A stretch of DNA of 64,000 nucleotides, taken from NCBI RefSeq assembly GCF_009914755.1, contig NC_060946.1; one strand, written 5' to 3'. A program made the translations under genes and the position numbers. The stretch comes from the human T2T-CHM13v2.0 reference genome, Homo sapiens. Below are positions 6,339-18,983 of this stretch, one piece after another. Under the pieces are notes generated by a model. It made no database searches. It saw only the letters and a program-made list of their open reading frames with translations, and had not been told where the DNA came from. The first letter of the stretch is position 1, and the number at the start of each line of letters is the position of its first letter.

Positions 6339-9219
6339 AGTCATGAATTGAGTGGCTTTTAGTATACCTGTGGTTGTGCACATTCAAATTTAATTCGCAA
6401 TTCATTGTAGAACGTCTTATCACTCCCGACCAGAGAAAAACCCTGTAGACATTAGTCACTCCTCATTCTGTCTCAAACCCTCTCCCTGACCCGCAGCCCT
6501 AGGTAGCAACTACCTAGTGCGATCAATCCCATATGCATAGATTACCATATTGTGGACATTTCCTATAAGCGGAATTGCACAATAGGGGAGCTGTTATGAC
6601 TGACATAACACGTAGCACAATATTTTCAAGATTCGTACACATTGTAGGCTTACCCACAGGGGGAAACCATTTTTTTGGGGGCTTTTAGTAACACCGGTGT
6701 TTTCTCCTTCCTTACGTCGTTCTTTCCTTCCTTCCTTCCTTCCTTCCTTCCTTCCTTCCTTCCTTCCTGACTTCCTTCTTTCCTTCCCTCCTTTCTCCTA
6801 TTTCTCTCTTACTCCTTCTGCCCTCTCTCTTTCCTATGCCTTAGGTGCATCCCACATTCTGCATTTTTTGGGGAAATCCTCGACAGGTGCAGGAAAATTG
6901 TGTTATTGTAACTATTTACCGTTATCTCTCTTTCACGGCTCTCCATCAGTTGTGAACATCTATTGGTTTATCCCAAGTCACTAAGCATATTTTCATTAGG
7001 TAAACCTGTTTTTCCTTATACAGCTGTTTCTGGAGTATAGGGTCGCATACTCATAAACCCAGTGTAACTCAGAAACGCATCTAATATTCCAGTAAACCCA
7101 TCATAACGTTGAAAAATCGTAAATCAAACCATCATAAGTCACGGTTTGTCCGTGGATATGGGCGTCATCAATTCCATTGTATTCAGTAATGCTGTACACC
7201 ATTAACAATGGCAGACTGATTGGGAGTGGATATTGATAGCATTATAAAAGTCAGTTATTAGAGGGATACTTCTTTAACCTGACTGAAGAACTGATCTAAT
7301 GGCTTTAGTACAGTGCATGATTATGTGCGATGTTTTGAGACAGAGTAGTACATTTGTGAATGAAATTTTATGGCTTTTTTTTCACTTAGTAGGAACCATT
7401 GTGTGTGGAAAAGTGAGAAAATGGCTTTCTGCTGTAGGGTCTGGCATTCATTGTAGATGTAAGCTTATTTTTCTGTGAGCAAATCTTATTCAATAAAATA
7501 CTACTCTTTATACTAAAAAACAAAAACAGTGGTGATGTGTGGTCATTATCCTCAACAAACTTATCCAGGGAAAGAAAACCAAACGCCACAACTCACTTAT
7601 AATGGGAGCTGAAAAATGAGATCCCATGGACACAGGAAGGGGAACAACACACACTGGGGCCTTCCGGGAGACAGAGCGTTAAGAAAAACAGCTACTGCAT
7701 GCTGGGCTTAATACCTAGGTGATGGGTTGACAGGTGCAGCAAACCACCATGGCACACGTTTACCTTAGTAACAAATCTGCACATCCTGCACATATACCCC
7801 AGAACTTAGGAACGAAATGAAACAAAAGACAACGAAAAAGCAACAGCAAAACGCTAAAGGCAAAATAAAGTTTCAAACTGAGAAAGTGACAGACCAACGT
7901 CTGGTTCAAATCATGGTTCTCAACCCAGGTGCCATAAGGTCGGGATAAAGGATGTGATTACATATTGTCAATAAGACATGCAGCAAATGACCAGAATGAT
8001 TATTCTCAACATATATGTGTCTTCTAATTCAATGGTGACGCTATGTACCGGGACATAGCATTAGATTCCAAAGGGCCGAGTCCCGCCAGACAGGCCTCCC
8101 ACACTAATAACAATGGGAAGCCCTACGTTGCTTTACCTGTGCTTCTCAGCCACTGGCTATAAATCAGGTTGCCACCACTCCCAGATTTAGTTGCATTCAT
8201 TTGCTGGAAGAGCTCACAGCACGCAGGGAAACACTTACATTTGCCGTTGTATTTTAGCGGACATTGCACAAAGTTCAGAAAAAAATGTGGGGCCCGGCAT
8301 ATGGGGAGGGGCGCACTACCTTCCAGGAAGTGCTATCCAGAAGCTCTCTGAACCCAGTCCTTTTGGGTTTTGATGGAGACCTCATTCTATAGGCATGATG
8401 GGTTAAACCATAGGCTATTGGTGATCAACTCCACCTGGGGCTCTCCACCCTCCCTGGAAATTGGGGTTGAGGCTTTGCCATCCTCAGTCTGACTAAAAGA
8501 ATTTACCCAAACGGAATTTTAAAACAGATGAGCATAACTGGAATCTTAATTAGATGATTGGATTATCTGGAGCCACACCTTGATATTCCTAACCCGAGCA
8601 CCCTCATCCAACGAATGCTCCACCCAACTGGCTCCCAAGTCTCTACGTGGTTCCAGAGCAAAAGGATGTTGATACAACGCATATCTCCACCTTTTCTTCA
8701 AAGTCTTTTCGCTTACACGGAAAGACTTCTTCAACTGCCATGCATCAGGGTCAGGGGGAGGTCTTGTTACAACCCAGATCTGCGGATCTCCGGCGTTTGA
8801 CTGTGGCAAGGATGCTGCTGGTGTCAAAACCACAACGTGGGAACCACAGAACCACTAGTGGGTTTTCAGTGTTTCAGTGCATACAATTCCTAATATATCT
8901 GGCCAAGAAAACTTGTAAGTTCTTAGATTGTCCCAAAGGTGGCGCATGAAATCAAAGCAGGAGAACAGTTTCCTACGAGGTGTAGCCTGGGAAAGTTGGG
9001 GGTGACTGATGGAAAGGAGGAGTGAAGCTCCGCCCTTTCCGCTGCTAGGCTGCGCCCGAGGCTATTTAAACCCACCCTGGCTGGCCTGTACTCAGATCTT
9101 CGCGGAGCGGATCAGCGGCCGGAGCGTTTGGCGGACTCTGCGTGGACTTGGAGCTCACAGCGTCTTGCGACTTGGAAGCGGATTCAGAGGACAGGACAGA
9201 ACACTTGGGCAAGTGAATC

Positions 9220-9250
<31 letters not shown>

Positions 9251-9425
9251 CATTGGTTGGTTGATTTCCATTTTCTTAAGGGGCACATACCTCACACCGC
9301 ACACACACAAACACACACACGCACACACACACGCACACGCACACGCACACACACGCACACACACTCCTTCCTTCTGCGAGTTAGAACATTAGTAGGGGCC
9401 CCTGGGAGCTGCAGGTTTCCTAATC

Positions 9426-12400
9426 ATGTCTGCACCTAAGAACGGTAGGGTCTTGTCTGGCTCTTCTTATGAACGGTCCCCCAGCCCGGACTCCCCAAGG
9501 TCCATGCGAACCTCACCCAGCTTCCCCCTCTCCCCTCTCAGAAACTCAGGCTTAAGGGGAAGCTCCTCACCAGGGATCCGGAGCTACCATTCACCATCCC
9601 CTAGGGCTTCACCACACTCACCTCTGTCATCACCAGAATCCCACAAGCTCCCATTTCCCTGTCCTCACCGTGATGGGCAATCAATGAAGCCATTGGGCTC
9701 TCCCGTGTCCTCCTCTGAGGATTCCTCAGAGTCCCCACGTTCATCAATAATATACCACATGTTCTTACTGCCATCACCCAGCAGCTCACCCCAGGCTCTC
9801 GGGGGGTCTCCCGTGTCTCCCAGCTACTCTCCAAACAACCCCAGATTTCAGCTGCAGTCAGCCCCCCACACCCAGGAATCACCTACAAACTCACGAGCCT
9901 CACTTTGCTCCACCCCCGTGTCTTTCATCTCTTCACCCCCAGGCCTCAGGGACTCTCCTGTGGCTCCCAGTTACTCTCCAGCCATCCCCAGGTTCCTGCG
10001 GGAGTCAGCCCCATGCGCCCAGGAGTCCCCCAGAGACTCACAGGTCTCGGGAGATTATGAGCGGTCCCCCAGCCCTGACTCCTCAAGATTCATGCCTGCC
10101 TCACCCAGCTTCTCCCTCTCCCCTCCCAGAAACTCAGACCCAAGGGGCAGCTCCTCACCAGGGATGTGGAAGTCCTCTACATCATCCCGCAGGGCTTCAC
10201 CACTCTCACATCCGTCATCAACAGAATTCCACAACTTTACGTTTCCCTTTTCTAACCAAGCAGGACAGTCACTCATGTCATTGTGTTCTCCCGTGACCTC
10301 CTCTGGAGATTCTTCACAGTCACCTCCTTCATCAATAATATACCACATGTTCTTACTGCCATCATCCAGCAGCTCACCCCCAGCCACCCATGACTCTCCT
10401 GTCTGTCCCAGCTACTCTCCAACTACCCCCAGATTTCAGCGGGAGTCTGTACCCCACACCCCAGAAACACCTACAAACTCACAGACCTCAGTGAGATCCT
10501 CGCCAGTCTCTCTCACGTCTTCACCCCCAGCCCTTACGGACCCTCCAGTCTGTCCCAGCTACTCTCCAACCACGCCCACATTTCAGCGCGGGTCAGTTCC
10601 AGGAACCCAGGGATCACCACCAAGCCCACCGCTTTCACTGAGTTACTCCCCAGTCTCTAGCACGTCTTTATCTCCAACCCTCAGGGACTCGCCTGTCTGT
10701 CCCAGCTACTCTCCAAACACGCCCACACTTCAGCGGGAGTCCGTTGCAGGCACCCAGAAGTCACCACCAAACTCACCAATTTCACTGCGTTACTCCCCAG
10801 TCTCTCTCATGTCTTCACCATCCCTCAGGGACTCTCCCGTCTGTCCCAGCTACTCTCCAACCACGCCCACATTTCAGCTGGAGTCAGTTCCAGGCACTCC
10901 GGAATCACCACCAAACTCACCAATTTCACTCAGTTACTCCTCAGTCTCTAGCACGTCTCTATCTCCAACCCTCAGGGACTCTCCTGTGTGTCCCAGCTAC
11001 TCTCCAACCACGCCCACACTTCAGCGGGAGTCAGTTCCAGGCACCCAGGAATCACCACCAAACTCACCAATTTCACTCAGTTACTCCTCAGTCTCTAGCA
11101 CGTCTTTATCTCCAACCCTCAGGGACTCTCCTGTGTGTCCCAGCTACTCTCCAACCACGCCCACACTTCAGCGGGAGTCAGTTCCAGGCACCCAGGAATC
11201 ACCACCAAACTCACCAATTTCACTCAATTACTCTCCAGTCTCTCTCGTGTCTTCACCAGCCCTCAGGGACTCTCCTGTCTGTCCCAGCTACTCTCCAACC
11301 ACGCCCACATTTCAGCTGGAGTCAGTTCCAGGCACCCCGGAGTCACCACCAAACTCACCGGTTTCACTCAGTTACTCCTCGGTCTCTCTCATGTCTTCAC
11401 CCCCAGCCCTCAGGGACTCTCCTGTGTGTCCCAGCTACTCTCCAACCATGCCCAGATTTCAGCGGGAGTCAGTTCCAGGCACCCATGTATCACCACCAAA
11501 CTCAGCAGTTTCACTGAGTTACTCCCCAGTCTCTCTCATGTCTTCACCCCCAGACCCCTGGGACTCTCCTGTCTGTCCCAGCTACTCTCCCACCACGCCC
11601 AGATTTCAGCGGGAGTCAGCCTCCCACACTCCGGAATCAGATACAGACTCACAGACCTCACTGAACTCCTCCCTGGTCTCTCTCAGGTCTTTGCCCTCAT
11701 CCCACAGGGACTCTTGTGTCTCTTTCAGCTACTCTCAAAACTTCTCTAGATTCCAGCTGGAGTCAGTTCCAGGCACCCACGATACACCACCGAACTCACG
11801 AATTTCACTGACTTACTCCCCAGTCTCCCTCATGTTCTCACCCCCAGCCCTCAGGGACTCTTCTGTCTCTCTCAGCTACTCTCCAACCATCTCCAGATTT
11901 CACCTGGAGTCAGCTTCCCACACCCTGGAATCACCTGCAAACTCACGGACCTTACTGCAACCATCCCCCATTTCTTTCACCTCTTCACCCCCTGCCTTCA
12001 GGGACTCTCCTGGGTCTCCCAGCTTCTCTCCAGCCTTTCCCAGATTTCTGCCACAGTCAGCCCCAGGCACCCAGGACAACCCTAGACACTCACAGGCCTC
12101 ACCAGACTATCTCCCTATGACCTGTACCTATACAGGGATGGCTCCCACGCATAGCTCAGTGACCCCAAACCCATCTCCACTTACACTCAGGCACTCCCAG
12201 GGCCTGACAGCTACTCCCCGTTATTGTCCTTCAGTTCGAAGCCCTGGCCAATCTACTAGCCCACATGACGCAGTTACCTGGCCATTTCTCCACGGTTCCC
12301 AGGAGGGCCCCACACCCAGCCGCACAAGAGCCCCTCCTGCATTCCGTCCTCACACGCAGGCCTGTCCATCTACTTGCTACTGTCACACTCTTGCCAGCAG

Positions 12401-12554
12401 AAGAGGCCCCTGTAATGGCCGATATCACCACCCAGTCTATCCTCACCCCACAGCTGTGCAGCGGGAACCCCCTGCTGGCCCACGTGGCTGCCACAGCCCA
12501 TGCTGGCACGACGCTCCAGCAGGTCGGCGTCCCTGCGGGCCAAACTACCGGTGA
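9426..12554 (+). CDS. Copy 2: CTD-like repeat protein, 1042 aa (one extra 147-bp monomer)
   Basis: Intact ORF, paralog of copy 1, ends CGPNYR*. Confidence 0.62.
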   Translation: MSAPKNGRVLSGSSYERSPSPDSPRSMRTSPSFPLSPLRNSGLRGSSSPGIRSYHSPSPRASPHSPLSSPESHKLPFPCPHRDGQSMKPLGSPVSSSEDSSESPRSSIIYHMFLLPSPSSSPQALGGSPVSPSYSPNNPRFQLQSAPHTQESPTNSRASLCSTPVSFISSPPGLRDSPVAPSYSPAIPRFLRESAPCAQESPRDSQVSGDYERSPSPDSSRFMPASPSFSLSPPRNSDPRGSSSPGMWKSSTSSRRASPLSHPSSTEFHNFTFPFSNQAGQSLMSLCSPVTSSGDSSQSPPSSIIYHMFLLPSSSSSPPATHDSPVCPSYSPTTPRFQRESVPHTPETPTNSQTSVRSSPVSLTSSPPALTDPPVCPSYSPTTPTFQRGSVPGTQGSPPSPPLSLSYSPVSSTSLSPTLRDSPVCPSYSPNTPTLQRESVAGTQKSPPNSPISLRYSPVSLMSSPSLRDSPVCPSYSPTTPTFQLESVPGTPESPPNSPISLSYSSVSSTSLSPTLRDSPVCPSYSPTTPTLQRESVPGTQESPPNSPISLSYSSVSSTSLSPTLRDSPVCPSYSPTTPTLQRESVPGTQESPPNSPISLNYSPVSLVSSPALRDSPVCPSYSPTTPTFQLESVPGTPESPPNSPVSLSYSSVSLMSSPPALRDSPVCPSYSPTMPRFQRESVPGTHVSPPNSAVSLSYSPVSLMSSPPDPWDSPVCPSYSPTTPRFQRESASHTPESDTDSQTSLNSSLVSLRSLPSSHRDSCVSFSYSQNFSRFQLESVPGTHDTPPNSRISLTYSPVSLMFSPPALRDSSVSLSYSPTISRFHLESASHTLESPANSRTLLQPSPISFTSSPPAFRDSPGSPSFSPAFPRFLPQSAPGTQDNPRHSQASPDYLPMTCTYTGMAPTHSSVTPNPSPLTLRHSQGLTATPRYCPSVRSPGQSTSPHDAVTWPFLHGSQEGPTPSRTRAPPAFRPHTQACPSTCYCHTLASRRGPCNGRYHHPVYPHPTAVQREPPAGPRGCHSPCWHDAPAGRRPCGPNYR

Positions 12555-15500
12555 CATGTCTAGCGTGACCCTCCTTCCTGGCAGTGACACTGTTGATGTG
12601 AACCCCAATTTCACATCTGTCATTTGTAAATAGGACCATTTTCCCTTTTCGCTCTCCCTTCCATTCACAGGGCTTTTCATTCTCTCTGTTACTGCCTCCG
12701 TTTCAGATATTTACTCACCTTTTTCTCTCTCACTATGTCTGCCGTGGTCTCCATGAGAGTGCGCCACATAAGATTCCCCCATTAAAAGTCATGAATTGAG
12801 TGGCTTTTAGTATACCTGTGGTTGTGCACATTCAAATTTAATTCGCAATTCATTGTAGAACGTCTTATCACTCCCGGCCAGAGAAAAACCCTGTAGACAT
12901 TAGTCACTCCTCATTCTGTCTCAAACCCTCTCCCTGACCCGCAGCCCTAGGTAGCAACTACCTAGTGCGATCAATCCCATATGCATAGATTACCATATTG
13001 TGGACATTTCCTATAAGCGGAATTACACAATAGGTGAGCTGTTATGACTGACATAACACGTAGCACAATATTTTCAAGATTCGTCCACATTGTAGGCTTA
13101 CCCACAGGGGGAAACCATTTTATTGGGGGCTTTTAGTAACACCGGTGTTTTCTCCTTCCTTACGTCCTTCTTTCCTTCCTTCCTTCCTTCCTTCCTGACT
13201 TCCTTCTTTCCTTCCCTCCTTCCTCCTATTTCTCTCTAACTCCTTCTGCCCTCTCTCTTTCCTATGCCTTAGGTGCATCCCACATTCTGCGTTTTTTTGG
13301 GGAAATCCTCGACAGGTGCAGGAAAATTGTGTTATTGTAACTATTTACCGTTATCTCTCTTTCACGGCTCTCCATCAGTTGTGAACATCTATTGGTTTAT
13401 CCCAAGTCACTAAGCATATTTTCATTAGGTAAACCTGTTTTTCCTTATACAGCTGTTTCTGGAGTATAGGGTCGCATACTCATAAACCCAGTGTAACTCA
13501 GAAACGCATCTAATATTCCAGTAAACCCATCATAACGTTGAAAAATCGTAAATCAAACCATCATAAGTCACGGTTTGTCCGTGGATATGGGCGTCATCAA
13601 TTCCATTGTATTCAGTAATGCTGTACACCATTAACAATGGCAGACTGATTGGGAGTGGATATTGATAGCATTATAAAAGTCAGTTATTAGAGGGATACTT
13701 CTTTAACCTGACTGAAGAACTGATCTAATGGCTTTAGTACAGTGCATGATTATGTGCGATGTTTTGAGACAGAGTAGTACATCTGTGAATGAAATTTTAT
13801 GGCTTTTTTTTCACTTAGTAGGAACCATTGTGTGTGGAAAAGTGAGAAAATGGCTTTATGCTGTAGGGTCTGGCATTCATTGTAGATGTAAGCTGATTTT
13901 TCTGTGAGCAAATCTTATTCAATAAAATACTACTCTTTATACTAAAAAACAAAAACAGTGGTGATGTGTGGTCATTATCCTCAGCAAACTTATCCGGGGA
14001 AAGAAAACCAAACGCCACAACTCACTTATAATGGGAGCTGAAAAATGAGATCCCATGGACACAGGAAGGGGAAGAACACACACTGAGGCCTTCCGGGAGA
14101 CAGAGCGTTAAGAAAAACAGCTACTGCATGCTGGGCCTAATACCTAGGTGATGGGTTGACAGGTGCAGCAAACCACCATGGCACACGTTTACCTTAGTAA
14201 CAAATCTGCACATCCTGCACATATACCCCAGAACTTAGGAACGAAACGAAACAAAAGACAACGAAAAAACAATAGCAAAACGCTAAAGGCAAAATAAAGT
14301 TTCAAACTGAGAAAGTGACAGACCAACGTCTGGTTCAAATCATGGTTCTCAACCCAGGTGCCATAAGGTCGGGATAAAGGATGTGATTACATATTGTCAA
14401 TAAGACATGCAGCAAATGACCAGAATGATTATTCTCAACATATGTGTGTCTTCTAATTCAATGGTGACGCTATCTACCGGGACATAGCATTAGATTCCAA
14501 AGGGCCGAGTCCCGCCAGACAGGCCTCCCACACTAATAACAATGGGAAGCCCTACGTTGCTTTACCTGTGCTTCTCAGCCACTGGCTATAAATCAGGTTG
14601 CCACCACTCCCAGATTTAGTTGCATTCATTTGCTGGAAGAGCTCACAGCACGCAGGGAAACACTTACATCTGCCGTTGTATTTTAGCGGACATTGCACAA
14701 AGTTCAGAAATAAATGTGGGGCCCGGCACGTGGGGAGGGGCGCACTACCTTCCAGGAAGTGTTATCCGGAAGCTCTCTGAACCCAGTCCTTTTGGGTTTT
14801 GATGGAGACCTCATTCTATAGGCATGATGGGTTAAACCATAGGCTATTGGTGATCAACTCCACCTGGGGCTCTCCACCCTCCCTGGAAATTGGGGTTGAG
14901 GTTTTGCCATTCTCAGTCTGACTAAAAGAATTTACCCAAACGGAATTTTAAAACAGATGAGCATAACTGGAATCTTAATTAGATGATTGGATTATCTGGA
15001 GCCACACCTTGATATTCCTAACCCGAGCACCCTCATCCAACGAATGCTCCACCCAACTGGCTCCCAAGTCTCTACGTGGTTCCAGAGCAAAAGGATGTTG
15101 ATACAACGCATATCTCCACCTTTTCTTCAAAGTCTTTTCGCTTACACGGAAAGACTTCTTCAACTGCCATGCATCAGGGTCAGGGGGAGGTCTTGTTACA
15201 ACCCAGATCTGCGGATCTCCGGCGTTTGACTGTGGCAAGGATGCTGCTGGTGTCAAAACCACAACGTGGGAACCACAGAACCACTAGTGGGTTTTCAGTG
15301 TTTCAGTGCATACAATTCCTAATATTTCTGGCCAAGAAAACTTGTAAGTTCTTAGATTGTCCCAAAGGTGGCGCATGAAATCAAAGCAGGAGAACAGTTT
15401 CCTACGAGGTGTAGCCTGGGAAAGTTGGGGGTGACTGATGGAAAGGAGGAGTGAAGCTCCGCCCTTTCCGCTGCTAGGCTGCGCCCGAGGCTATTTAAAC

Positions 15501-15648
15501 CCACCCTGGCTGGCCTGTACTCAGATCTTCGCGGAGCGGATCAGCGGCCGGAGCGTTTGGCGGACTCTGCGTGGACTTGGAGCTCACAGCGTCTTGCGAC
15601 TTGGAAGCGGGTTCAGAGGACAGGACAGAACACTTGGGCAAGTGAATC

Positions 15649-15679
<31 letters not shown>

Positions 15680-15854
15680 CATTGGTTGGTTGATTTCCAT
15701 TTTCTTAAGGGGCACATACCTCACACCGCACACACACAAACACACACACGCACACACACACGCACACGCACACGCACACACACGCACACACACTCCTTCC
15801 TTCTGCGAGTTAGAACATTAGTAGGGGCCCCTGGGAGCTGCAGGTTTCCTAATC

Positions 15855-18800
15855 ATGTCTGCACCTAAGAACAGTAGGGTCTTGTCTGGCTCTTCTTATG
15901 AACGGTTCCCCAGCCCGGACTCCCCAAGGTCCATGCGAGCCTCACCCAGCTTCTCCCTCTCCCCTCTCAGAAACTCAGGCTTAAGGGGAAGCTCCTCACC
16001 AGGGATCCGGAGCTACCATTCACCATCCCCTAGGGCTTCACCACACTCACCTCTGTCGTCACCAGAATCCCACAAGCTCCCATTTCCCTGTCCTCACCGT
16101 GATGGGCAATCAATGAAGCCATTGGGCTCTCCCGTGTCCTCCACTGAGGATTCCTCAGAGTCCCCACGTTCATCAATAATATACCACATGTTCTTACTGC
16201 CATCACCCAGCAGCTCACCCCAGGCTCTCGGGGGGTCTCCTGTGTCTCCCAGCTACTCTCCAAACAACCCCAGATTTCAGCTGCAGTCAGCCCCCCACAC
16301 CCAGGAATCACCTACAAACTCACGAGCCTCACTTTGCTCCACCCCTGCGTCTTTCATCTCTTCACCCCAAGGCCTCAGGGACTCTCCTGTGGCTCCCAGT
16401 TACTCTCCAGCCATCCCCAGGTTCCTGCGGGAGTCAGCCCCATGCGCCCAGGAGTCCCCCAGAGACTCACAGGTCTCGGGAGATTATGAGCGGTCCCCCA
16501 GCCCTGACTCCTCAAGATTCATGCCTGCCTCACCCAGCTTCTCCCTCTCCCCTCCCAGAAACTCAGACCCAAGGGGCAGCTCCTCACCAGGGATGTGGAA
16601 GTCCTCTACATCATCCCGCAGGGCTTCACCACTCTCACATCCGTCATCAACAGAATTCCACAACTTTACGTTTCCCATTCCTAACCAAGCAGGACAGTCA
16701 CTCATGTCATTGTGTTCTCCCGTGACCTCCTCTGGAGATTCTTCACAGTCACCTCATTCATCAATAATATACCATATGTTCTTACTGCCATCATCCAGCA
16801 GCTCACCCCCAGCCACCCATGACTCTCCTGTCTGTCCCAGCTACTCTCCAACTACGCCCAGATTTCAGCGGGAGTCTGTACCCCACACCCCAGAAACACC
16901 TACAAACTCACAGACCTCAGTGAGATCCTCGCCAGTCTCTCTCACGTCTTCACCCCCAGCCCTTACGGACCCTCCAGTCTGTCCCAGCTACTCTCCAACC
17001 ACGCCCACATTTCAGCGCGGGTCAGTTCCAGGAACCCAGGGATCACCACCAAGCCCACCGCTTTCACTGAGTTACTCCCCAGTCTCTAGCACGTCTTTAT
17101 CTCCAACCCTCAGGGACTCGCCTGTCTGTCCCAGCTACTCTCCAAACACGCCCACACTTCAGCGGGAGTCCGTTGCAGGCACCCAGAAGTCACCACCAAA
17201 CTCACCAATTTCACTGCGTTACTCCCCAGTCTCTCTCATGTCTTCACCATCCCTCAGGGACTCTCCCGTCTGTCCCAGCTACTCTCCAACCACGCCCACA
17301 TTTCAGCTGGAGTCAGTTCCAGGCACTCCGGAATCACCACCAAACTCACCAATTTCACTCAGTTACTCCTCAGTCTCTAGCACGTCTCTATCTCCAACCC
17401 TCAGGGACTCTCCTGTGTGTCCCAGCTACTCTCCAACCACGCCCACACTTCAGCGGGAGTCAGTTCCAGGCACCCAGGAATCACCACCAAACTCACCAAT
17501 TTCACTCAGTTACTCCTCAGTCTCTAGCACGTCTTTATCTCCAACCCTCAGGGACTCTCCTGTGTGTCCCAGCTACTCTCCAACCACGCCCACACTTCAG
17601 CGGGAGTCAGTTCCAGGCACCCAGGAATCACCACCAAACTCACCAATTTCACTCAATTACTCTCCAGTCTCTCTCGTGTCTTCACCAGCCCTCAGGGACT
17701 CTCCTGTCTGTCCCAGCTACTCTCCAACCACGCCCACATTTCAGCTGGAGTCAGTTCCAGGCACCCCGGAGTCACCACCAAACTCACCGGTTTCACTCAG
17801 TTACTCCTCGGTCTCTCTCATGTCTTCACCCCCAGCCCTCAGGGACTCTCCTGTGTGTCCCAGCTACTCTCCAACCATGCCCAGATTTCAGCGGGAGTCA
17901 GTTCCAGGCACCCATGTATCACCACCAAACTCAGCAGTTTCACTGAGTTACTCCCCAGTCTCTCTCATGTCTTCACCCCCAGACCCCTGGGACTCTCCTG
18001 TCTGTCCCAGCTACTCTCCCACCACGCCCAGATTTCAGCGGGAGTCAGCCTCCCACACTCCGGAATCAGATACAGACTCACAGACCTCACTGAACTCCTC
18101 CCTGGTCTCTCTCAGGTCTTTGCCCTCATCCCACAGGGACTCTTGTGTCTCTTTCAGCTACTCTCAAAACTTCTCTAGATTCCAGCTGGAGTCAGTTCCA
18201 GGCACCCACGATACACCACCGAACTCACGAATTTCACTGACTTACTCCCCAGTCTCCCTCATGTTCTCACCCCCAGCCCTCAGGGACTCTTCTGTCTCTC
18301 TCAGCTACTCTCCAACCATCTCCAGATTTCACCTGGAGTCAGCTTCCCACACCCTGGAATCACCTGCAAACTCACGGACCTTACTGCAACCATCCCCCAT
18401 TTCTTTCACCTCTTCACCCCCTGCCTTCAGGGACTCTCCTGGGTCTCCCAGCTTCTCTCCAGCCTTCCCCAGATTTCTGCCACAGTCAGCCCCAGGCACC
18501 CAGGACAACCCTAGACACTCACAGGCCTCACCAGACTATCTCCCTATGACCTGTACCTATACAGGGATGGCTCCCACGCATAGCTCAGTGACCCCAAACC
18601 CATCTCCACTTACACTCAGGCACTCCCAGGGCCTGACAGCTACTCCCCGTTATTGTCCTTCAGTTCGAAGCCCTGGCCAATCTACTAGCCCACATGACGC
18701 AGTTACCTGGCCATTTCTCCACGGTTCCCAGGAGGGCCCCACACCCAGCCGCACAAGAGCCCCTCCTGCATTCCGTCCTCACACGCAGGCCTGTCCATCT

Positions 18801-18983
18801 ACTTGCTACTGTCACACTCTTGCCAGCAGAAGAGGCCCCTGTAATGGCCGATATCACCACCCAGTCTATCCTCACCCCACAGCTGTGCAGCGGGAACCCC
18901 CTGCTGGCCCACGTGGCTGCCACAGCCCATGCTGGCACGACGCTCCAGCAGGTCGGCGTCCCTGCGGGCCAAACTACCGGTGA
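15855..18983 (+). CDS. Copy 3: CTD-like repeat protein, 1042 aa
   Basis: Intact ORF; N-terminal variant MSAPKNSR...YERFP shared with copy 4. Confidence 0.62.
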   Translation: MSAPKNSRVLSGSSYERFPSPDSPRSMRASPSFSLSPLRNSGLRGSSSPGIRSYHSPSPRASPHSPLSSPESHKLPFPCPHRDGQSMKPLGSPVSSTEDSSESPRSSIIYHMFLLPSPSSSPQALGGSPVSPSYSPNNPRFQLQSAPHTQESPTNSRASLCSTPASFISSPQGLRDSPVAPSYSPAIPRFLRESAPCAQESPRDSQVSGDYERSPSPDSSRFMPASPSFSLSPPRNSDPRGSSSPGMWKSSTSSRRASPLSHPSSTEFHNFTFPIPNQAGQSLMSLCSPVTSSGDSSQSPHSSIIYHMFLLPSSSSSPPATHDSPVCPSYSPTTPRFQRESVPHTPETPTNSQTSVRSSPVSLTSSPPALTDPPVCPSYSPTTPTFQRGSVPGTQGSPPSPPLSLSYSPVSSTSLSPTLRDSPVCPSYSPNTPTLQRESVAGTQKSPPNSPISLRYSPVSLMSSPSLRDSPVCPSYSPTTPTFQLESVPGTPESPPNSPISLSYSSVSSTSLSPTLRDSPVCPSYSPTTPTLQRESVPGTQESPPNSPISLSYSSVSSTSLSPTLRDSPVCPSYSPTTPTLQRESVPGTQESPPNSPISLNYSPVSLVSSPALRDSPVCPSYSPTTPTFQLESVPGTPESPPNSPVSLSYSSVSLMSSPPALRDSPVCPSYSPTMPRFQRESVPGTHVSPPNSAVSLSYSPVSLMSSPPDPWDSPVCPSYSPTTPRFQRESASHTPESDTDSQTSLNSSLVSLRSLPSSHRDSCVSFSYSQNFSRFQLESVPGTHDTPPNSRISLTYSPVSLMFSPPALRDSSVSLSYSPTISRFHLESASHTLESPANSRTLLQPSPISFTSSPPAFRDSPGSPSFSPAFPRFLPQSAPGTQDNPRHSQASPDYLPMTCTYTGMAPTHSSVTPNPSPLTLRHSQGLTATPRYCPSVRSPGQSTSPHDAVTWPFLHGSQEGPTPSRTRAPPAFRPHTQACPSTCYCHTLASRRGPCNGRYHHPVYPHPTAVQREPPAGPRGCHSPCWHDAPAGRRPCGPNYR

